Source: Syntrophaceae bacterium UBA2280
GTDB lineage: Bacteria > Desulfobacterota > Syntrophia > Syntrophales > Smithellaceae
Length of the DNA: 64,000 nucleotides
Direction: 5' to 3'
Assembly (NCBI GenBank): GCA_002347685.1
Contig: DDWS01000004.1
Coordinates: forward strand, 64,360-128,359
Made by a program: the position numbers and the translations under genes. Below, in pieces: positions 25,869 through 34,273 of the stretch (positions are counted from its first letter, which is position 1; each line of letters begins with the position of its first letter). The notes beneath the pieces are model-generated. The model worked only from the letters and a program-made list of their open reading frames with translations, did not search any database and was not told the DNA's origin.

Positions 25869-28589
25869 ATGATTGGAATTACATCATACGGAGCCTATAT
25901 CCCACGCCTGCGATTGGACAGAATGGCGATTTATCAAGCTTTGGGCTGGTTCGCTCCGGCGCTGATCAGTGTGGCCCAGGGCGAACGTTCCATGTGCAAT
26001 TATGATGAGGATAGTCTGACGATGGCTGTTGCCGCGTCCATGGATTGTTTAATTGGAAAAGACAAAAAAAAGATAGATGCAGGATACCTCTGTTCCACGA
26101 GCCTGCCTTTCCTTGATCGCCAGAATGCCGGCATTATGACCACAGCTCTGAATCTGCGGAGCGACATGAATACGGCGGATTTCACGTCTTCCCAGCGGGC
26201 GGGTACGACCGGTCTGTTGACCGCCCTGGATGTCGTCAAATCGGGGAACCGAAAATCCATCCTGGTTACCGCGTCCGACAAAAGGCAGACCCGTCCTGCC
26301 GCCTTTTACGAGATGTGGTTCGGCGACGGCGCAGCGTCCGTCCTGGTCGGAGACGAAGACGTTGTGGCTGAATTCCTGGGTTCGTATTCCCTGACCTATG
26401 ATTTTGTCGATCATTACCGGGGATCCAAATCAGAGTTCGACTACACATGGGAAGAACGGTGGCTCCGTGAAGAAGGCTATGGCAAGATTATTCCCGAAGC
26501 GGTCAACGGCCTGTTCAAGAAGTTGAATATCACGATGAATGACGTGCAAAAACTGGTCTTTCCCTGTTTCTTCAAGGCGGAACACAAGGCGATCGGGAAG
26601 AAGTTGGGGGCCACTCCGGACAAACTGGCCGATACACTGCACGAGGTCACCGGAGAGACCGGCGTTGCGCATTCTCTGCTGATGCTTGTCGGGGCGCTCG
26701 AAACGGCAAAGCCGGGAGACGGCATCCTTGTGGCTGGTTTTGGACAGGGGTGTGACGCTCTCTATTTCAAGGTAACTGAAAACATAAATAAATTGGCCGA
26801 TCGCGCGGGGCTCAAAGGATCGCTGGCCTGCAAGAAGACCACGGACAACTACATGAAGTTCCTGAAATTCCGGGAACTGATCAATCCGGAGATGGGAATC
26901 CGGGCGGAAGCACCGGTGCAGACGACCATGACGGCCCTGTGGCGGAACCGGAAAATGATCCTCGGGTTTGTTGGTGGAAAATGCCGGGATTGCGGAACGG
27001 CTCAGTTTCCCCCGGCGGATCTTTGTGTGAATCCGGCATGCGGTCATACCGGAACACAGGACGATTACGAATTCGCCAACGTCAAGGCCAGGGTCCGCTC
27101 GTTTACGGGAGATCTGCTGGCCGTGTCGGTTGATCCCCCGGCGATTTACGGAATGGTGCAGTTTGAGGGTGGTGGCCGGCAAGTGATGGATTTCACGGAC
27201 AGCGAGTTGAACGACATCAAAATCGGTATGCCCGTCAAGATGTCTTTCCGGAGACGAGTCGTGGACACGGTCCGGGGATTTTCACAATACTTCTGGAAAG
27301 CCGTTCCTCAGACGGACTGGACGCCGGAAATCGATTTTAATGGGCGGGTGGCTATTGTAACAGGCGCCGGTGGTGGTTTGGGCCGCGCTTATGCCTTGGA
27401 ACTGGGTCGCCGCGGAGCAAAGGTTGTTGTGAACGATTTCGGAGGCGCACGCGACGGTTCGGGATCAGGGGCCGCCGGGCCCGCGGACATGGTTGTTGAG
27501 GAGATCAAGGCCATGGGAAGCGAAGCCGTTGCCAATTACGATAACGTCGCCACGCCGGAAGGCGGTCAAAAGATCGTGAAAACGGCCCTGGACGCTTTCG
27601 GCAAAGTCGATATTCTCATCAACAACGCCGGCATTCTCCGGGATAAAGGCATCCTGAAGATGGAGCCGGAAAACTGGTCGGCCGTTCTCGCCGTCCATCT
27701 CAACGGCGCCTATAATGTGACGAGGCCGGCTTTTGAGGCCATGCGGAACAATGGGTTCGGCCGTATCATCATGACAACATCTGCGGCAGGTCTTTATGGT
27801 AACTTCGGCCAGACGAATTATTCCTCAGCCAAACTGGGGGTTGTCGGATTCATGAATACGCTGAAGCTGGAGGGCGCTAAATACGATATCAAAGTCAACA
27901 CCATCGCTCCCATTGCTGCGTCCCGCTTAACGCAAGACATGATGCCGCCGGAGATGCTCCAGAAAATGAATCCGGATTACGTTGCAGGTATCGTCCTGCA
28001 TCTGTGTTCCGAAGATTGCAAGGATTCCGGTAATATCTTCAATGCAGGGGCTGGATTCTTCAGCCGGGCGGCTATATTGACCGGGCCCGGCGTGATGCTG
28101 GGTGACGACACGCATGTGCCGACGCCGGAAATGATTCGCGACAACTGGGAAAAGATCAATAGCATGGAAGGGGCGAAACCCTATACGGAACTCAATATGG
28201 CCATTATGGAATTTCTGACGCCGTCCGCAGCTGGTGCCCCGGTTGCAGGAGGTGGCGCCAGCGGTCTGGACGTCGCAGGGGTCTTCAAGCAAATGCCCTC
28301 TGTTTTCAATTTGGCGGCGGCTGCCGGCAAGGATGTGACCTTCCAGTTCAATATCTCCGGTCCGACAGGCGGGGATTGGTTTGTCGCCGTCAAGGATGGA
28401 ACGTGCAGCGTCACGGTCGGGAAGGGAGACAATCCCACGACAACCATCGGCATAGCCGATACGGATTTTGTTGACCTGATTACCGGAAAGCTTGACGGCA
28501 TGAAGGCCTTCAGCGCCGGAAAACTGAAGGTCGGCGGAGACATGATGAAATCCCAGCTTATCGGAAAGCTGTTCAAATTCAATCAATGA
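25869..28589 (+). CDS. four-module fusion: HMG-CoA-synthase/KAS-III-like thiolase fold + DUF35 (Zn-ribbon/OB) + MFE-2-type SDR + SCP2
   Basis: Residues 1 to about 345 (IGITSYGAYIPR.R......WFGDGAA) are HMGCS-like. CRDCGTAQFPPADLCVNPACGH plus an OB segment is DUF35-like. From about nt 27330 the protein is a near copy of the 24527 SDR-SCP2 protein. Confidence 0.85.
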   Translation: MIGITSYGAYIPRLRLDRMAIYQALGWFAPALISVAQGERSMCNYDEDSLTMAVAASMDCLIGKDKKKIDAGYLCSTSLPFLDRQNAGIMTTALNLRSDMNTADFTSSQRAGTTGLLTALDVVKSGNRKSILVTASDKRQTRPAAFYEMWFGDGAASVLVGDEDVVAEFLGSYSLTYDFVDHYRGSKSEFDYTWEERWLREEGYGKIIPEAVNGLFKKLNITMNDVQKLVFPCFFKAEHKAIGKKLGATPDKLADTLHEVTGETGVAHSLLMLVGALETAKPGDGILVAGFGQGCDALYFKVTENINKLADRAGLKGSLACKKTTDNYMKFLKFRELINPEMGIRAEAPVQTTMTALWRNRKMILGFVGGKCRDCGTAQFPPADLCVNPACGHTGTQDDYEFANVKARVRSFTGDLLAVSVDPPAIYGMVQFEGGGRQVMDFTDSELNDIKIGMPVKMSFRRRVVDTVRGFSQYFWKAVPQTDWTPEIDFNGRVAIVTGAGGGLGRAYALELGRRGAKVVVNDFGGARDGSGSGAAGPADMVVEEIKAMGSEAVANYDNVATPEGGQKIVKTALDAFGKVDILINNAGILRDKGILKMEPENWSAVLAVHLNGAYNVTRPAFEAMRNNGFGRIIMTTSAAGLYGNFGQTNYSSAKLGVVGFMNTLKLEGAKYDIKVNTIAPIAASRLTQDMMPPEMLQKMNPDYVAGIVLHLCSEDCKDSGNIFNAGAGFFSRAAILTGPGVMLGDDTHVPTPEMIRDNWEKINSMEGAKPYTELNMAIMEFLTPSAAGAPVAGGGASGLDVAGVFKQMPSVFNLAAAAGKDVTFQFNISGPTGGDWFVAVKDGTCSVTVGKGDNPTTTIGIADTDFVDLITGKLDGMKAFSAGKLKVGGDMMKSQLIGKLFKFNQ

Positions 28590-28601
28590 GGAGGTGGTGT
28601 T

Positions 28602-29816
28602 ATGGCTTCAGGAATCAGAGATAAAGTCGCTATTATCGGCATGGGATGCAGCCGGTTCGGAGAGCGATGGGATATAGGAGCCGAGGGGCTGATGGTGGAG
28701 GCCTTTCAGGAAGCGCTTGTGGATGCAGGCCTTGAAACGAAGGATATCCAGGCGGCCTGGTACGGGGTTTGTATGGATGAGGTCAATGTAGGCAAGGGAG
28801 CTCCGTCGATGAGTATGGCCCTTCGTCTGCCCAACATTCCCGTTTCCAGAATGGAAAACTATTGCGCCACGGGCACGGAAGCGTTTCGCGGCGCCGTCTA
28901 TGGTGTCGCGTCCGGTGCCTATGATATTTGTCTGGCCCTTGGCGTTGAGAAGTTGAAGGATACAGGGTACGGAGGTCTCCCTGCATGGGGGTCAACGGCG
29001 GGAACCCTCATGTGGCAGTTCTTTCCCAATGCGACGGCGCCGGGACTTTTTGCCCAGCTTGCTTCTGCCTATGTCGCCAAATACAAGATTCAAAATGAGG
29101 ACATCAAACAGGCCATCGCCCATGTCTCGGTGAAAAGCCACGCGAATGGTGCTTTGAATCCCAAGGCTCATTTGCGGAAAGTGGTTACCATGGATCAGGT
29201 TCTGGCGGCCCCGATCATCGCCTGGCCTTTAGGATTGTTCGACTGTTGCGGTGTCAGCGACGGTTCGGCCTGTGCCATTGTGACAACACCGGAAATCGCC
29301 CAGAAACTGGGCAGAAAAAAGAAAGACCTGGTTACGGTCAAGGCCGTTCAGCTGTCTGTCAGCAATGGTTATGAAGGTAGCTTCAATGAATGGGACGGAA
29401 CGAATTTCGTCACCACGGACAAATGTGCGACAGCCACCTATAAGGAAGCCGGAATCACGAACCCGCGAGAGGAGATCAGCATGTTCGAATGTCATGACTG
29501 TTTCTCCATCACGGAACTCGTGACGTATGAGGATCTCCACCTCTCCGAGCGGGGCCAGGCCTGGAAAGATGCTTTAAACGGCATGTACGACCGGGACGGT
29601 AAAATCCCGGCCCAGATCGATGGAGGCCTCAAGTGTTTCGGACACCCCATCGGGGCCTCGGGGCTGCGGATGATTTATGAAATGTACCTGCAGCTTCAGG
29701 GACGGGCGGACAAGCGTCAGCTCGAAAATCCGCGCTACGGTTTGACACACAACCTGGGTGGTTTCCCTCACCAGAACGTGTGCGCTATTTCCATCGTAGG
29801 AATGTATGGAAAGTAA
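28602..29816 (+). CDS. SCPx-type thiolase (lipid-transfer-protein-like thiolase, Ltp family)
   Basis: It has the nucleophile context MENYCATGTEAF and the C-terminal segments GGLKCFGHPIGASG and NLGG. Such thiolases typically partner with DUF35 proteins. Confidence 0.9.
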   Translation: MASGIRDKVAIIGMGCSRFGERWDIGAEGLMVEAFQEALVDAGLETKDIQAAWYGVCMDEVNVGKGAPSMSMALRLPNIPVSRMENYCATGTEAFRGAVYGVASGAYDICLALGVEKLKDTGYGGLPAWGSTAGTLMWQFFPNATAPGLFAQLASAYVAKYKIQNEDIKQAIAHVSVKSHANGALNPKAHLRKVVTMDQVLAAPIIAWPLGLFDCCGVSDGSACAIVTTPEIAQKLGRKKKDLVTVKAVQLSVSNGYEGSFNEWDGTNFVTTDKCATATYKEAGITNPREEISMFECHDCFSITELVTYEDLHLSERGQAWKDALNGMYDRDGKIPAQIDGGLKCFGHPIGASGLRMIYEMYLQLQGRADKRQLENPRYGLTHNLGGFPHQNVCAISIVGMYGK

Positions 29817-29842
29817 TACTGCATGACGCGGATGATCCCTGT

Positions 29843-29882
29843 GCCGCGGAGGTGGTGGAGCCGCTTCCTTCACCTCTGCGGC
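29843..29882 (+). other. GC-rich hairpin (GCCGCGGAGGTG / CACCTCTGCGGC, 11 of 12 bp) without a U-tract
   Basis: Read directly from the 140-bp gap between the thiolase and the acyl-CoA dehydrogenase. Confidence 0.5.
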
Positions 29883-29957
29883 ATCCTCCGACAGGATCAG
29901 TTTCTGCGGAGATGTCGGAAGCGTCATGACAATGAATGTTGACGAGGAGACAGATTG

Positions 29958-31100
29958 ATGGATATTATCAAATACACGGATGAACACCGAATGTTCCGGG
30001 ATACTTTTCGGAAATTCGTTACGAATGAACTGCTTCCCCATGTCGAGGAATGGGAAGAGGCCGGTATTGTTCCCAAAAGCGCCTGGAAGAAAATGGGGGA
30101 GCACGGATTTCTGGGCATGTCCGTTCCGGTGGAATACGGCGGCGCGGGAGCGGATTTTCTGTATTCGGTGATTGTCACCGAAGAATTGTCGCATTCAAAT
30201 TTTGCGGGACTTGCGGCCCCCCTGCATACCGATATCGTTGTCCCTTACCTCATTTCCTTCGGTTCTGAAGAGCAGAAGCATAAATATCTTCCCGGTTGCG
30301 TCACCGGAGATATCATCACGGCGGTGGCTATGACGGAACCCAATACCGGCAGCGACCTTGCCGCTATTAAAATGACAGCTGTGGAGGACGGAAATGACTT
30401 TGTCCTGAATGGCCAGAAAACCTTTATCAGCAACGGAATCAATTGTGATCTGTGCATTGTGGCGGCAAAAGATCCGGCAGGTACTGACCCCCATAAGGCG
30501 GTGGATCTTTACATTGTGGAGGCCGGTACTCCCGGCTTTGAGAAGGGCAGGCAGATTAAAAAAGCCGGCTGGCACAGCCAGGATACGTCCGAGCTGTATT
30601 TCACGGACTGCAGGATTCCCAAAGGTAACCGTCTGGGCGAAAAGGGGACCGGGTTTGTGAAGCTTATGATGAAGCTTCAACAGGAGCGTCTGGTTGTTGC
30701 CATCTGTGGCATTGCGGCCGCCGAATACATGCTGGAGACAACCATCAAGTATTGCCGGGAACGGACGGTTTTCGGAAAGCCCGTCTCCAAGTTTCAGGTC
30801 AATCAGTTCACCCTTGTGGAAATCGCCACGGAGATCCGGATCGGTCGGACCTTTGTCGACAAGCTGATTGTGGATCATATGGAGGGACAGCAGGTCATTA
30901 TCGAGACGTCGATGGCTAAATACTGGATCACGGACATGGCCCACCAGGTTGCGGACAGATGCCTGCAACTGCATGGAGGGTATGGGTACTGCGATGAATA
31001 CGGGATTTCGCGGGCCTGGCGCGACAGCCGGGTGAGCCGGATCTTCGCCGGAACCAATGAAATCATGAAAGTTATTATTGCCCGGTTTATGGGATTATAA
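29958..31100 (+). CDS. acyl-CoA dehydrogenase (about 380 aa, short/medium/branched-chain type)
   Basis: It has AMTEPNTGSD, FISNG and LHGGYGY motifs. ATG 29958 sits 7 nt after GAGGAGA. Confidence 0.9.
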   Translation: MDIIKYTDEHRMFRDTFRKFVTNELLPHVEEWEEAGIVPKSAWKKMGEHGFLGMSVPVEYGGAGADFLYSVIVTEELSHSNFAGLAAPLHTDIVVPYLISFGSEEQKHKYLPGCVTGDIITAVAMTEPNTGSDLAAIKMTAVEDGNDFVLNGQKTFISNGINCDLCIVAAKDPAGTDPHKAVDLYIVEAGTPGFEKGRQIKKAGWHSQDTSELYFTDCRIPKGNRLGEKGTGFVKLMMKLQQERLVVAICGIAAAEYMLETTIKYCRERTVFGKPVSKFQVNQFTLVEIATEIRIGRTFVDKLIVDHMEGQQVIIETSMAKYWITDMAHQVADRCLQLHGGYGYCDEYGISRAWRDSRVSRIFAGTNEIMKVIIARFMGL

Positions 31101-31110
31101 AGGGGGGAAT

Positions 31111-32292
31111 GTGCCCGGACCACTTGAAGGATTGAAAATTCTCGACTTTACGACTCTTTTGCCGGGGCCATATGCAACCATGACCCTTGCCGATTTGGGG
31201 GCGGATGTCCTATCTGTCGTTTCAGGAAGCCGGCCCGACTTGGCTGCTATCACGCCGCCGTTCATCACAGGAACGGACTTGTCCGTTGCATCGGCTTATC
31301 TGGGTCGTGGGAAGATGTCCATTACGCTCAACCTGAAAGATTCGCGGGCTATACAGATCATCAATCGTCTTCTGGGGGAGTATGACATTCTCATTGAGCA
31401 GTTCCGTCCGGGGGTGATGTCGAAGTTCGGCTTGGGCTTTTCCCAGATCGGGGAGAAATACCCGTCCCTGATCTATTGCTCCCTGACGGGATATGGCCAG
31501 ACGGGACCGCTGAAAGACAGAGCGGGTCACGACATCAATTATTTATCCCTCTCGGGACTCATGAGCTATGCGGGGCGCAAAGAAGGCGGGCCCGTTCCTA
31601 TGCCCATGCAGATTGCCGATGTGGCTTCGGGGTCGAATAGTGCAATCATCGCCATCCTGGCCGCAGTCATCCACAGGCAGAAGACAGGGAAGGGACAACA
31701 TCTCGACATATCCATGACGGACGGGGTTTTCGCTTTCAATGCCCTGGCCGCTGCGGCTTGTCTGGCGGCAGGCGAAATCCCGGAAAGGGAGGGTTTTATC
31801 CTCAATGGTGGGTCCCTTTACGATTTTTATAAGACGGCGGACAACCAATATCTGGGGTTCGGGGGCATGGAACCGCAGTTCTTTGCCGCCTTCTGCCAGG
31901 CGATCGGGCGTCCCGATTTGATTGCCGGCGGGTTTATGCCGCCGGATCTGTCCAGGGTTAAGGAGGAGATACGGACTGTGATCCGCGGGAAAACCAAGGC
32001 GGAATGGGAACGCATTTTCGACAAGGTGGAAGCCTGCGTAGAACCGGTGATTTCTCTGCCGGAGGCAATGAACAGCGCTCTGGCCAGGGAACGGGGATGG
32101 ACGGTTGAGGTCACTTTACCCGATGGAGGCACCGTGAGGCAGCCGACTTGTCCCTTCAAATTTTCAGCAACGCCCGTTGCGTACGGTAATACGGGCGTAA
32201 AGGCAGGAACGCACAACAGGAAGGTTTTCCTTGATCTGGGATATGGCGAGGAAGAGATCGATGAATTCCAGAGGACAGGACTTCTTTCGTGA
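31111..32292 (+). CDS. family III CoA-transferase (CaiB/BaiF) / alpha-methylacyl-CoA racemase-like
   Basis: GPLEGLKILDFTTLLPGPYATMTLADLGADV and GHDINYL are typical of the family. GTG 31111 is preceded by AAGGGGGG. Confidence 0.85.
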   Translation: MPGPLEGLKILDFTTLLPGPYATMTLADLGADVLSVVSGSRPDLAAITPPFITGTDLSVASAYLGRGKMSITLNLKDSRAIQIINRLLGEYDILIEQFRPGVMSKFGLGFSQIGEKYPSLIYCSLTGYGQTGPLKDRAGHDINYLSLSGLMSYAGRKEGGPVPMPMQIADVASGSNSAIIAILAAVIHRQKTGKGQHLDISMTDGVFAFNALAAAACLAAGEIPEREGFILNGGSLYDFYKTADNQYLGFGGMEPQFFAAFCQAIGRPDLIAGGFMPPDLSRVKEEIRTVIRGKTKAEWERIFDKVEACVEPVISLPEAMNSALARERGWTVEVTLPDGGTVRQPTCPFKFSATPVAYGNTGVKAGTHNRKVFLDLGYGEEEIDEFQRTGLLS

Positions 32293-32339
32293 TGATGATA
32301 CTCTGAAAATTTTTTTTACCATTAAAATGGGAGGTTATT

Positions 32340-32813
32340 ATGGCAGACAAAACAAAAGCAGGGATGGTGTTTCCCCCTTATACCTTTGAGGTGGAAAAGG
32401 GAAAGATCGCCGAGTTCGCTATGGCCGTTTCGCAGAAGGAGAGCAAGGGCCAGGTGAAACAAATTTATGCCGATTCCGGGAAGGCAAAGGAGGCGGGTTA
32501 CACGGATATTGTTCCAACGTCCACGTTTCAAACATGCTTTTTGCTCTGGGGGGGTGGGGGATTGATGCCCATGCTGCAGGACGTCGGTATCGACCTGGTC
32601 AGGCTGCTTCATGGTGAGGAAGAGTATGAATATCTGCTCCCCATTCATCCGGGCGATGTCATGACCGGGGTTACCAAGGTTGTCGAGATGTATGACAAGG
32701 AGAAGAAGGGCAAGCCGGGGAAATTCATGGAGTTTACTGTTCTGGAAGCGGAAATCAGAAATCAGCGTGGGGAACTGGCGATTCGCGCCCGCACAACTTT
32801 AGTGGAGAGATAG
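32340..32813 (+). CDS. MaoC-N / FAS1-like hotdog subunit (non-catalytic half of a heteromeric R-hydratase)
   Basis: It has hot-dog fold length. YTFEVEKGKIAEFA....LLHGEEEYEY resembles ChsH1/HadA-type partners. Confidence 0.7.
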   Translation: MADKTKAGMVFPPYTFEVEKGKIAEFAMAVSQKESKGQVKQIYADSGKAKEAGYTDIVPTSTFQTCFLLWGGGGLMPMLQDVGIDLVRLLHGEEEYEYLLPIHPGDVMTGVTKVVEMYDKEKKGKPGKFMEFTVLEAEIRNQRGELAIRARTTLVER

Positions 32814-32822
32814 GAGGAGGCC

Positions 32823-33275
32823 ATGACGAAAACATTAACGTATGAGAGTATATCCGTTGGCGACGCGATGCCGACATTTATATCGGATCCCATTACCCGG
32901 ACCCATCTGGTCCGCTATGCCGGAGCATCGGGAGACTTCAATCCCCTCCACCATGATGAGACGTTTGTCAAGCTGTTCGGGATGCCGCGGGTGATTTCTC
33001 ACGGGATGTTCGTGATGGGTATCGTCGGGCAGGCCATCACGGATTGGATCGATGACAAAAATTTGCGTAAATTCGGCGTTCGGTTTTCCGGAATGACGGA
33101 ACCCATGGATATGGATGACCAGAATTCAAAGGAGAGAGCAACGATCGTCGTAACCGGCACGGTGGTTGAAAAGTATGAGATCGACGGAGAGAAAGTAATG
33201 CGTTGCGAAATCAATGCAGCGGACAAACAAGGAAGCGTGAAACTGACGGGATCCTTTGTTGCGGCTCTGTCGTAA
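32823..33275 (+). CDS. MaoC-like (R)-specific enoyl-CoA hydratase subunit
   Basis: It has the hydratase-2 motif RYAGASGDFNPLHHDE....G....ISHGM. Confidence 0.85.
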   Translation: MTKTLTYESISVGDAMPTFISDPITRTHLVRYAGASGDFNPLHHDETFVKLFGMPRVISHGMFVMGIVGQAITDWIDDKNLRKFGVRFSGMTEPMDMDDQNSKERATIVVTGTVVEKYEIDGEKVMRCEINAADKQGSVKLTGSFVAALS

Positions 33276-33290
33276 AAAAGATCACATGAA

Positions 33291-33317
33291 CCGCTCCCGG
33301 CAACTTACCGGGAGCGG
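33291..33317 (+). terminator. 10-bp perfect GC-rich hairpin (CCGCTCCCGG caactta CCGGGAGCGG) with a weak U-tract
   Basis: Read directly, 16 nt after the MaoC stop codon. Confidence 0.4.
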
Positions 33318-33721
33318 CATGATTTACAGGAATGACCATGTCGAAGTTCTTTCCTCTCGAACGGTTGAGTGCGGGATACTTCCTGAGGATGCCGGCATCT
33401 CTTTTCCTGCTGCTGTTGGAAAGAATACCCAAAGAGGCAAAGCAAATGTTGGGGATATGGGATCGAAATTAAAAGCAACGGTATTTCATCAAGCATGTCC
33501 TGCTGGAAGTGGACGCAGCGGTCACATCCATCAAGAGCGAGGATCTCTCGATGGTCGATATTCCAGAAGAAAGTTTTGCTGTTTAGAATTAGACAGATGT
33601 CGTTTATCGTCGATGGCAGTTTCTTGACCATTTGATTATCCGATCATGTCCGGCATCATCGATATCCGGGGGAAGACAGGCATGATCATCAAACAGACGA
33701 TTCTTGAGGAGAACATGATAA

Positions 33722-34171
33722 ATGATTGAGGAAAAGTATCAAGAGCATGTCAAAATGCTTTCGACCATCGTCAAGATCATCGAAAAAATGGGCATCCGTA
33801 TCGTGGAGATGCGGGATCGCTATGTCAAGGTTCTTTTGCCGCTTGAGCCAAACATCAACCATATCGGGACGATCTATGCCGGTTCTCTCTTTTCGGTAGG
33901 CGAGTATATTGCCGGCCCGATTTTTGTTGCTTCTTTTGATTATACAAAATTCTATCCCATCGTCAAAGCCATCAACGTCCAATTCTGCCGACCGGCAACA
34001 ACAGATGTGACGGTGGAAGTGATGCTGAGTGAGGCCGAGGCCGATGCCATCCAGCGTGAGGTTGAAGCAAAGGGGAAGGCCGACTGGAAAATGGATCTGG
34101 AAGTCAAGAACCAGGCCGGGGAGATTTGCTGTCTCCTCCAAGGGGTATGGCAACTGAGAAAATGGAAGTGA
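33722..34171 (+). CDS. hotdog-fold thioesterase (YiiD C-terminal / PaaI-like)
   Basis: Its size and the segment LPLEPN.NHIGTIYAGSLFSVGEY fit the family. Assigned from memory of the family pattern only. Confidence 0.6.
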   Translation: MIEEKYQEHVKMLSTIVKIIEKMGIRIVEMRDRYVKVLLPLEPNINHIGTIYAGSLFSVGEYIAGPIFVASFDYTKFYPIVKAINVQFCRPATTDVTVEVMLSEAEADAIQREVEAKGKADWKMDLEVKNQAGEICCLLQGVWQLRKWK

Positions 34172-34273
34172 CAACTGCACGGTGGTCAGGACCGCAAGAG
34201 CCTTCGCTGCGAATGCAGAAACTAGTTTTTAAATCTAGACCTATTATTACATGACTCTTGAGGAGGTTAGACA

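Noticed and set aside
26430-27182. 250-aa minus-strand ORF. The same applies to 27927-28586, 28181-28582 and 25040-25642.
   Set aside because: All are antisense to the SDR-SCP2 and fusion genes. The sense frames are supported by strong family motifs and by the internal duplication.
30195-30974. 259-aa minus-strand ORF.
   Set aside because: It is antisense to the 381-aa acyl-CoA dehydrogenase.
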